Shown here: positions 13,501-25,500 of the stretch, one piece after another
How the letters are laid out: each line of letters begins with the position of its first letter
Position numbering within the stretch: position 1 is the first letter of the stretch
Assembly (NCBI RefSeq): GCF_964204645.1
Contig: NC_134028.1
Span: 6,138,001 to 6,202,000, forward strand
Source: Tubulanus polymorphus
Lineage: Eukaryota > Animalia > Nemertea
DNA length: 64,000 bases
Reading direction: 5' to 3'
The notes under the pieces: model-generated
What the model saw: the letters and a program-made list of their open reading frames with translations, nothing else
Told to the model about the DNA's origin: nothing
The model's database searches: none
Program-made: the position numbers and the translations under genes

Positions 13501-16500
13501 ATATGTTTTCGAAAGGATTGAAAAGGTTTTTCAGCTGAATAAGATTTTCAAATTCATTTTTTCATTAACGAAAGGTGCAGGTGAAAAGAGTCCTGTAAAC
13601 AGGACAATGGAGATTCCTATAGTAAACAAATAATTTTCCGAAAATCTTGAAATAATAATAATCAATTAAAAAAAATTGAGTTAGCCCCCGGGGTAAAGTT
13701 AATACCAGTCTATAAAACCAGCCCCCTAGATATCTAGATATCTACATGGATCAATTATCTCAGTTTTGAATGAAAAATAACTGATTTTGATAAGCATTGA
13801 TAAAACCCTATATTCGTGTTATGATGATAATCTATAGAAAATAATCAAAGTCCAAAAATTTTTAGTTGTATATATATTATATTCTAATAGTCATCTAATA
13901 GTCATCTTCAGGACGATAAGAATATAGTTGAAACATCTAGCTTAAGGGAACATTTTTGGACTTAAAATTATTTTTCGATTATATTTTGGGATTCTATATA
14001 GGCCTAGATTTCTTTTAACTTTGAGTCAGATTTCACATGCGCCCAGCTATTGACCTATTTGATCATTTTCTGGTATTGGGTCATGATATCAAAAAATTGG
14101 TTTCTTGACAGTATTTTTCAAAAATATGAATATTTTTTCGGATATATTTTCAGTTCGCAGGCCAAAAGTTTGATCGAATCTGAGGGAAGCTATTTCGACC
14201 CCTCAGAGCGATTCAGTCAACTGGTCGGAAGAGCCATGAGGTCTGGTGACGTAAGAGATTGCCCGGTAAGTATCCGCAAATCTGAATCTTAAACTCTTTT
14301 ACTTTTATTCTGGTAAATTTCAAAAGATTTTCATTTTTTTTTTAATTCTTTTTCATAGAAATCTTGCGGGGAGAAAGTGCTGCTGAATCGAAGTTTAAGG
14401 AATTGTCCGGATGTTGGTAAGTTCACGTATGAAACAAAGATAATTTCCGAAGTACCGTCAAATTTTAAAAACCATAAATAAGAACTATAAATTTATTTGA
14501 TGATCCGGATAGATCAATGTATCCAAAAAGGCCTATAATTCAAGCAAAACATCTTCGTGTAAAATCATTGCTGTATAGTGAAAACATCGGAGTCTATCTA
14601 ATATAATGGATGAATTCATTCACTGAAATGATTCATCAATTAGATTTATTTGAGTTTGAAATGAACATTGATGTCGTCAATCCACTCTCGGCAGGCAATG
14701 TTGACGTTCTTGATTATCGTAGATTGACGACGGGAAGTGTTTCTGTCTGTGTTTCATTTACCTGCTCGCGCCTAGCAACGATTCGTAAAATTTTCACAAA
14801 CTCAACCGATGATGAATAAATACTGTATGCTTTCGGTTTCAGTGAGCGTCGGTTTAGTTTGGGACACGGATCGACCGAGTATGAACTATATAATGGATAT
14901 CGGAGAATTGATCGGAACTCATCTGAAACTCACAGACGTAAGTGACTAATATTGATTGCCTCCCTCTCTTCCTCTCTCTCTCTCTTCCTCTCCCGATGGC
15001 TGGCCACACGGAGGCATTGACCTGTGAGCCCGTGCTAATAAACAACCATCCTGAAAATCGATCGATTACGCAGACAATAGCTCTACAGTCTCACAAAGAA
15101 ACAATTCAGTTCACACTGGCTGACGACATGTGCGAAATTATAATCATTAAGACTTGGGGAAAAATGAAATTACAATGTATTACCTTATCTATCGCAGTCT
15201 TATATTTTTATCACCGATGAATTGATTCCTAGAATCAGTATCTGCTCAAATCTTTAACTGGCAGATGATTTTCGATAATCTAAATGAGATAGAATGGGTT
15301 TAGAGTTGTAAATAACTAATAATTCCGGCAACATTTCAAAATAAGTGCCCTATAATCAATCTATGCAGTATTTTTTTTACCTTTAGGCGCCCCCTATAAT
15401 TCGTCTGGTCTCTTATTTTCAGTTGTATAATCACGTATCTAATGAGTATTTGCACGAGACGACGTTTGAACTGGTCGGCGTAGTCGCGTATTACGGTAAA
15501 CATTACTCGTCGTTCGTCAGACATACGCATTCGAAACGATGGATCTATTTCGACGACGCCGCAATTCAGGAGGTCGGTATATGAAATGAATATGGCAATT
15601 AGCTTGTTTTACCATGAAAGAAGTTCTAAGAAATCATAGTTTATGCGAGCAACGAGATTGCCGCAAAGCTCGAAAAAAGGCTCTAAATTCCATTAGTGGA
15701 CAACCCTTTCCGTTAACCCTAGATTCGCCCCTGAACCAACATTACGATGGTATCCGGACTGAAGTTTGAATTTGAAAATTTGAATTATTTTTTTTCAGGT
15801 GGGTGACCAGTGGCAAGCGGTGATCGATAAATGCTGTAAATCTCACTATCAGCCTCTGTTGTTGTTGTACGCGAATCCGGAAGGAACGGTCGTGAACACG
15901 CACACGGCGCCGCAGACGACGACGATCGTGCCACGCAACACGTTCCGACCGCATCGACGCAATCACAGCCGCTCGTCGAGCGTCGACAGCCTCGGCAGCC
16001 CGAGTCGCGGGGGAGGGTCGAGCGGCGCGTCGTCCGACTCGACGGTGAAACTCGCCGACGCCGCGAGACGAGCGATCACGCCGACGCCGTGGGAAATACA
16101 AAAACATTCACAGGTGAGTTTCACAGTTATAGTCTAGATAGAACTCTGTAGGTGATAACACATAGGTGAGACGAGATTTAAGGGCAGCTTGTTAGGTTTA
16201 TTCAGGGACCATATCTAGTCTATTTATCAGTGTGACCACTTACCGCATACTCAGGGGAAAATCAGGGAAATTTGTCGAGATTGCGCGAAAAATCAAACAG
16301 TTTCCTTCTATATCTTACGTATTTGCATGTATTAATTGATTGGACTCTCAGATCATGTCAGGGAAACAACATGTCTGATGAGGTTTTTGCTCGTTGAACC
16401 AAGCCTTTATGCGCTGTAATGGGTTTAGTTTTGCGCTGGATTTTGCACTCGATTCGACTGTCTACGCAGCTATTAATGCAGTTTTGGGTTTAATTCGAGT

Positions 16501-19500
16501 TTAAATTGACACAAGGACATGAAAATCAATCTATTTTCAATTACTTAAACTCAAGAGTCAAATCATAACTAAAACTGAAGTGTTTGACTGAGAAACAATG
16601 GACTAAATGCTGGGGAAACATACTCAACAAAATATTTGTCAATGTTTCGACGAGTTCCAGTGAAATCAGTTGATCGTAAGAACACAAGTGCCCAAATATT
16701 AAGACATGTAGCAAAAGACAGAAATGAGATTGAATGAAGCTCTCAGGAGAGTCGCAAGTTCAACAACTCAAAGTGTTTATCAGGTTAAATACATATACAT
16801 AATTATCATCACTGATAGATCTCTAGTGGAACAGTCAACAATGTGTGACAGTCAAGTCGATTTCGTTATCTTCGACATGAACGAGAAAATCTTGGAAGCG
16901 TCATTTATCTGCGTTAACCTGGTCAGTTCACCGTGCAGTTTGTGTTTACATTTACATGTACGTGCCCGTAAAAATACGTGCAAATCTCAGTAAGGCTGAT
17001 GGGTCACCAAGTGTGCATAGATTTGCAGAGAAATCACCCTTATCAATGAATGAATTAATGGAACATATTGAGAATAAGGTGATTGTAGTTGAGTTGAACA
17101 TTCTCAACTGTGAATGAACTTTCACTATTGCTTCGACCCCACAATCGGAGTAGAATACCCATTTGAGTAAGGGGTGGATCCTGGGGCAGACTTTGACCAG
17201 GGCAAGAAATCAAAAGGGACAATACTGAACAAGGGCGTGTTAAGTTTTCTGTGCAAGCAAAACCAGGGTCTGGAAAATTTTGAAATTTCAATGCGTTTTC
17301 ATACAATTTCCAGGCACTTGAGGGACATTTCAGAGATTATAAACTGAATCTCGTGCTGCAGACTGCTGCTATCTTGTTAGTTGTGGGTAAAAAAAGTTCC
17401 TTGAAAATTATTGCCATTGTAGTTTCCAACGGGCATGGTGAAAGTGCAAAGAAATCACGTGCTCCAAGCGCTCTGGGTCTGAGCCTGGATGTGTAAAAAG
17501 TGGTATAGTGTTAAACACTATTGGCATTGAATCATTCAATTGATTTCGTATAACAATTCTACAACATGTTGCTCGTTCTAATGTATAATGCATCTATATA
17601 TCATCTGTTGATGTTATTATTGGACTTCAGCCAAATCATCGTCCTTTTTCCTAGCCGCAATATTTTCCATATGTCGGCTTATGATATTCTCATTATCGGC
17701 TACGTAAATAGACTGCGAGCTATCGAGATGAAATGGTGCAAAAAAAGAGTAAAACAATACCGCAGACAATCAGTGGTTAAAGTTCATTTATCGCTATCAA
17801 TTGAAAAACAACCTTTATTCGGTATAATTCGATTGATTACAGTGTTTCTCCCTCCTCCCACCCGCTACGATGTCTGGTGTGGCTAAATTACCCGAATTCA
17901 ATTGATAATAGTCTCAGACGGTTCCCTTATTAGATTCGATCAGATTCTACAGGAGGTTGTATGAATTAAGTGAGATGAATTATTCGAATGTTTGAACAAT
18001 CGGTCATATTTTCGTCAAAATAAGCTTTCTGATTTTTCTACAACTTGAATTAATAAGTGTTAGAAATACTGATTTGATTTGTTAAGGTCTTACTGTTGAC
18101 AACTGATTAATTCAAACATTTTCTCTCATGTTTCGTTGAAACGTTACTGAGAAACTTTGTTACTGCTCACACTTTTCAGAGGTTAGAAGCCCTAGTTTCA
18201 TAATAAATTTTTCGGTATTTTCAGGTGAATCCACCCCGACGCCGAGCGGTCACTCCTGGACCTGACGATATCAAACGCCACGCAAACGATATCGACATCT
18301 CGAATCGCATGAACGAACATCAACGCCAGGGCAGTTTCCTGTTCGCAGTCGACAACAATCTAGAACCGCGCGAAATAGCGCTCGACGACGACGCCAGCGT
18401 TCAGAGCTATCAGACGGACTCGTTCCCGCCGCCGCCGCCACCTATCGACGAAAACTGGCATCGTCAGTATAACAGCCAGCATTTATCGCCACGCGACGGC
18501 AGCGACGCGGGGAGCAGTAGCTCGGACGCGGGGATCTCGTCCGGTCGACGCACGAAGTCGATCGGTCGACAAAACTCGACGAACGGCAACAGCAAACCGC
18601 CGAGTCCTTTTCATCAGCGTAAAATGAAACTGAAAAGTTTGAAATCGGAAATCGCTCGCACGCGTAATTCGTCGACGTCTAGTACGGAGAATACGAACGT
18701 CGTCTCCGGCCAGCCGCCGAAATCGCCGGGAATATCGAAGAAGCTGTTCTCGAAAACAAAAGATCTCGTGCGGAAAGAGAGTTTCAAGAAGAACAAAGAT
18801 AAAGTGCACGCCGATATCATACGCTTTCACATGAACGGCGCGGAAGAAGCACGCAGTTCGCCGCAGCAACCGCGAATCGCCGAAAAGAGTAATTCGAGCG
18901 AGAATTTGCTATCGTCGTCGCGAAACGACGGCGATTTACGCCGCGGACAGAAGCTCGTGTCGCGCGCGCAGTCGGTCGACGGGAATTTGAATTGTTTCGA
19001 CGCGGATGCCGACCCGCGTTCGGTGAGGTTCGCCGCCGACGCGTGGACACGGCCGGCCGGACGCACATGCGACGACTCGTCGTATCCGCAACCGAGTCGC
19101 ACGTACATCGATAACGGATATCAGAGTTTACCGCGTCCGAAGCGTTCGGCGGCGAAGGCGAGTAAATCGTACAGCATACAGAAAATGGATCAGCCGGACG
19201 GCGCGCGAAACGTCGTCATCGACGCGTCGAAATCGATGAGTCGTAAAAACAACGGCCCCGCATCGCCGGATCATAAAAACTATATCAGTCGCAATACGGT
19301 CGAAGCGATATTGATGCGACAAGGCGTGCAGGCAAAAACTGCGCCGCAGGGGGCGCCGCGCTCTCAAACGACGACGGCGCATCGTCATCAGAACGCTCTG
19401 AAAGTCGTCATTCCCGAACGCGACGATACGTCGTTGGACTCGCAGAAAGATTCCGGGTATCGTAGCGGCGGGAGCGCCGGTGATCGCAGTTCGGCGAGTA

Positions 19501-22500
19501 GTATGTCGGTCGATTCACCGACTACGGCGCCATCTAACAACGGTCAACCTCACTATCAACAGCAGCAACAGCAGACATACAGACAGAATAACAACAGAAA
19601 TAACGGTGAGTAGAATTTCTAAAAACTTAGAGTGAAATCGATTTGAAACCTTTTTCAATATTTGGTCATTTGGTATGAACGAGAGCTTTATAAAGTTTTC
19701 ATACTAGGGGCCAGTTGCTCAAAAGGTTGTTAAAGATAACCGGCGGATAAATACCATAGAAACAATGAACTTTTAATTGTAACTATCCACTGGTTAACTC
19801 TAACCAACTTTTCAGCAACTGGCCTTGTATTGTGGAAAATTGTTGAAACCAGTCGTACTTTTATAGGTTTATTAGTTTTATTAGTATAAGATACAAGCTT
19901 TTGCTATTAATGTCCTAGTAGCTTTAACAGGTTAACGAATACAGTCAATGCAAAAACAACAGTATCTATAGCCAGAGAATATATACGGAATTGTCATAAG
20001 AATTCATTTGATATTTTTAGGCAATACAAACAGTAATCCTATCTACGGCGATGTGTCAGAATTCGAGAAGAAAGGTAAGACAATGATTTTTTAATACTTC
20101 CTGGATGTGAATAATGCAAAGATGGGGAAAGGAGTACTTATTGTATTCTGGTGCATGATTGAAGTTCATGAGAATACGGTGCTAAACAAACAAAAAAGTG
20201 TATTGTATGCAGGCGTATTTTAATATATGAATAGAAATATTGTAATTTTCAGTTATCAGTTTCAATAATGACTCAGAGAGTTATATGAGTCATGCGTAAA
20301 TTGTTTGTTTATCAGGTGTTTCGCCCTGTTAGCGGGCGAACTTATCAATTCGCTACTGTGTCGTGTGTAACAAATTCTGAAAATGGCTAATTTCAGGTTT
20401 TCAAAGTCAATGCGAACACTTGTGCACGAGAGCGGAAGATTTGATGGAAAAGTCCGTGCGAACTGAAGAATCGGGAGACCTGCATAATGCTTTAATGTTC
20501 TGCACACAGGCGACCAGTAAGTGTAATAAACGCATAAAATATCGTGACAAATGACTTAGGTTTTTGAGTTAAGTTGTTTGAGTAAAGTTGTTTTAAAGTT
20601 GAGTCAGTGCCTTTGATGTGAATGAAATTCTTTTTCCATTCATTCATAGAATAGGCGTTTGCTTTCATGTGCCTGTTTTATTTAGTTTTTTGGAGAATTT
20701 AGTGCACTTGCAAGTTTACTAACGATAGGATAGAATGGGGTAAACATCAAAAAAAGTATCGGCCACTTTAAACTTTGTGATCTCCCCTATCGATGAAATG
20801 ACATTAAGCGACTTTTCATCTTAGCATTATTGTTTTGCATTCAATGCATGATTGTAATACACTCTGAAAACATAACGGTTATTAATCGTTTAAGTGTTGT
20901 AGAGCTATCGATTTATTCCTCCCGAGACAAAAAATGATTATTAATCAAAGTTTGTTGATCGGATATTTTATCGCATGATTAGCAACAGCTGTATACATTC
21001 ATTCTATCGACCGACCAACACGATTATATTTTGTGCGTAACCATTGTATGACTTGAGATTAATTTCCTGTCTTAATCACTGAATATGACATCCCATCTTG
21101 AAAGGCTTGAACCCGGTAACCACGCAACGAATTACCGTACCAGTGGACCCATCCTCTCTCGTGCTGAGATTCAAACTTGATGGCGCAGTAGTAAGGTTCA
21201 AACCCATCTCCTAGTTTATCCATATTCAAGCATGCTGGGATTGTGAGATCCAACAAACTACAGCCCGGCCCTAGAAGGCTAGATGTGTAGCTACCAGGCA
21301 TTGTTAATATAACTTATTAACTCTAACCCAAGGGTTAACTGATGATGAATTGAGTTGACGCCGGTTTTATAGAGTGGTATTGTCTTTAATGAGGGGTTTA
21401 TTCAATTCAATTTCAATTGAATGAACCCCTGGGTTGAAGATAATACCAGCCTATAAAACTGGGTTCTTAGGATAAACTCAATTGGGAATTAATTGAGTTA
21501 TCCCTCTGTTTAAAGTTTAAAGTTAACACCGGTCTTTAAAACCGGGCCTTGGTTAAAGTTAATTGCCGTATGTAAAACCTGCGGCTCTAGTGATGGAATA
21601 ATTTGAATTTTAAATTGTAATCTGATAATTTCTCCTGTATTTACAGTTTGTCTGAAACAGGCTATGGATATACCGTACATAGATAACCAGGCTCACATGT
21701 ACGCGCAGATGAAACACAATACGTGCGTGATGAGAACGCGTAGTCTGCACAGACGTATAATGATGCGTCAAGATTCCGGTAATTCAACGATGTCATCAAC
21801 GCCGAGCGAATCAAATTCAGATCATAGGTAATTAATGATGATGATGATGATGATATAAGTGATAACTGCTGATATAAGCCGTGATCACACAGAGATGATT
21901 TGACCCGGGCCAAATTGGCATGGATCAGGCCCGAGACGAATTTTGCCGGTACCTAATTTAGAGAGGGCGTTCATACGTAAACCACTCACTTGATTCTTAA
22001 CAATGCTTTAACACTTCGGAACTATGACTTCGGAAACCAGTTGCAATTTAAAATTTGGCTCGGGTCTGGTCTGACATTTTTGGTCAAACAGGCGCAGGCC
22101 GGTTTGGCACCGGTATGAACAGTTTTTCCTGACCATGATGCTCGTGTGATCACGGCTATAGATGACTCCTGAGCTGTTAAGAGATCATCGGATGTTACTT
22201 TAGCCCATGGAGAGATGACTGATATATGGTAAGAGGTATGGCTGAGGGTAATGATACCAACCGATGAAAGCATCAGTGCTGATTAAAATCCTATAGCAGT
22301 GAAAATGGCGCTGTAGAAATTAAGTTGTTATTAGTATTAACCTTGATATTAATATGATGATATTTGATGTACATAGCTGTGAAAATAAAGATGTATTGAT
22401 TTTCTGTGTTTTAGCAATAATCCATCGAATGCTGTGACGAACGAATCGCAGAAACAGAACGTGAATTTGAAACCTCCGTCTGCGTCGTCGCGTCAACGCC

Positions 22501-25500
22501 CGCAAAGCGCCGATACGCGGACCGCTCGAGAGCGTTCGCTTACGCGAAATAAACCGAACATTCCGTCGAAACCGGCCTCGTTTTCCGAGCACGACGCGCT
22601 GCAGCGTAAGAGTCGCGTCGATATTTCGCAAGCCAACAACGCCAATGCCGGGAAATATTGCGTGCGTAATCCGCAAATCGTCACTCAGTCGGACGCGGGG
22701 AAAAGTCGCGGTCGCGCGGGAAGTCTGACGTCGACCGGTGAAAACGGCGCCGATAATTCGCCGGCTCAGATCATCGATTTCGAGGTGAACCGCACGGCTG
22801 ATATATACGCGACGTTACCGAAACGCGGCTTGCATAATAAACCGATCGTAACGAAAGACACGAAACACGTTCAGGCGTATCAGGATTACCTAAACAAACA
22901 ACGCATTCATAACGAAGGGATCAATATAACCGGTGGACAGAATCAAGGCCCGAGTGGAGGACAGGTGACTCAGGCGCCGAATGGTCAAAGTTCGAACGAA
23001 ATGTTGACGCAAAATGTCGTGATGCGACGGAGACGTTCGGCTGATAAAGTGAAGCCGCCTCCTCCAGTTCGTAAGAGCAGTATTCCGAATAGTCAGGCAG
23101 TCGCTCAGGCTATTAGCAACATGTCTCAACAAGCTGCTCAACAAGCCGCTCAGCAGTCAGCTCAACAGTCCGCTCAGCAACCTGTTCAGCAGACAGCTCA
23201 GCAACCTGTTCGGCAGACGGCGGACGGACAGTCGAGAAGATCGAATTATGCGGATCCAGGATCGATAGGATTGCAGGATCGCGGCGTACAACGGGATTAC
23301 CCTTCGCAAGTGAGCCTTGCGAGACAGCCGAATCGCGCCGACTTCAACAACGGTCAAAACGATCCGCGAAGAAATAACCCACCAGAATCTCATAAAGATC
23401 CGTACGCGAATTATAAGGAAGGCTGTTACCCGCCGGCGAGTGTCGGAAGTGCCGGAGGACAGGCCCCGCGGCAACAGAATACCGCCGTGTTACCGAACCG
23501 ACCGCAGTTACCGGATAGTTACCAACGAGTGTCGCCTCGCGACGACGTCGCTGCGCGGAACGCGGCCCGACAAGCGAATCGCAATAGCGGGTATTATCCG
23601 CAGAATGGCGGCAGCGGTCCCGGCACGCAACAGCAACACGCGTTTAATAATCGCGATCAACAACACGCGAATTACGGCGTTTACGATTCTCCGCGCGCGA
23701 CGAATCGACAATCCGAACAGATGAACTCCGGCCCGGGACGACCGGATACAGCGTACAGACACCCTCAACGCGATGGTATGTCATCTTAATCGTATCCATT
23801 CCTCGTTCGTTGATACAAGGTGGCCACTTACCTGGAAATCAGGGGAAAAAGTCGGGGAATTTTGTAAAAAGGCTAAAAATCAGGGATAAGGCACAGTTTC
23901 TGTCTATGTCTTCTGTATTTGACTGTGTTAACTGATTAGATTCTGAGCATATCAAGTCAGGGAAAACAACGTTCATGTTAGGGAACTAGAAATAGCCTCA
24001 ACTATATATAACCATAGTCTATGCAACTGGCTCCAAATTGAAATGTGAATTTGTATATATTTATTGTTTTCAGTTTCGTCAGATCGTTCGAGGGGTAATC
24101 GAGAGATGCCTGTCTATCATCGACAAAATAGCGACCCATCTCGAGAACGTTATAACAGAGAACGCAGCAATCTCAGACCCACTCGTAAGTATTCATTTAC
24201 TTACTGTACTTTTTGGCTGCCGGAATAAGAATTTACTGAATAATTTCATGAACTTGTTTCTCGCTGTTTGAATTTTAATGCCTAATTTTAAATAACCGCC
24301 TCCGTTTTCATAGAATTTTGTCCGATATGCGGACAGGTGGAAACGTGGATTCCGCAGATGCAGAAGTGTAAAGTGTGCGACTGCATCAGTTATGACAATC
24401 CACCGAACAACGCGCATTACCAGCAGAAAAATTCCTCATCGTCGTCGTCGCGACAGCAAACTTACATAGCTCCAGATGATGGTAAGTATCGCTTAGATGA
24501 CTCTGAAGATTTATACCTCGAACTCTATAGGATACGAATGGCAGCCGATGCATGCAAATGAAATCAGTTGCCACATAGAATTAAAACCATGAAACCGGTG
24601 AGGCTTTGCCTCGCTGTTTTTGAAAAAAAAGACACGATAATAACCGAATCAAGAAATTCAGTTTTATCTCCAATTTAAGAATAACTTTTTGATCAGACTG
24701 GATCGAAAACATTGAAAAATTTTCGCTATAGTTATTCAATTTGCGACTGTTTCATTTGATTTGTTTTGCATCTGCTGCCATTTGAAAATATTTCATATTT
24801 TAAGCAAATCGACGATAGATACTCGCCTATTTTCTGTCAAACTATTGTTCTCGGCTATAATTTCTGATACTTAAATGATACTACATTTCTTTCGATATTA
24901 CCTCAGATGAAATTGCAATTTCCAATTATTTGAAGTATGAAATATTTTTCCCCAAATAGTATTTGGTTTAGTATTTTATTGATGTAGCCACTGGAAAGCC
25001 TAATTTACCAAATACTGACTATAGAAATTCGCACAAAAATCATTCATTTCATTTCATACGACCCTAAGATATTTCAAACAGTATATTTTAGATATTCATT
25101 GTCATTCTGAGTCAAAATATTCATGATCACATTAACAAAGTCCTGAAATACATGTATCGGAATGCTTCAGCCTACGTATCATTTGGAACAGAAAAATCCC
25201 TTTAAGAAATGGCCATGAAATATGACGCTTTAGTACCGGGTATGGCAAATTATAGTTGACACTTTGATTACGGGTTGTCAGATATTAAGGGCACCTCAGG
25301 TCAGTTATGCTGAAGCATTTAATATGTTTGATGTCAACTTGAACTGCAGCCAGAACTGTAGAATGTCAGTTCCAACGCATAATTGGCAAATGGAAAAATT
25401 TTGGGTCTCGAGTACGTAGCCAAAGACAGTTCGAGTTGACATGATACGTGTAAACACTTGAATAAAGTGGAACCTTACTTCTATAGCCATTTAGAGTTTG

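Noticed and set aside
16375-16405. CTGATGAGG...AACC as a possible second hammerhead
   Set aside because: It lacks the GAAA motif after stem II and any helix III or cleavage triplet.
18483-19388. Multiple minus-strand ORFs (also at 22320-23768 and 28071-28562)
   Set aside because: These are shadow ORFs of GC-rich USP exons, with no independent motifs.
21179-21215. tRNA-like A box (tggcgcagtagt) and B box (ggttcaaaccc)
   Set aside because: The spacing is far too short and no cloverleaf forms. At most a decayed SINE head.
21320-21590. Recurrent aattgagtt...ggttaaagttaa...taaaacc units (also ~13675-13730) resembling a CRISPR-like array
   Set aside because: The units are degenerate, in mixed orientation, without regular unique spacers, and sit in an animal intron. 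They are better explained as clustered MITE fragments.
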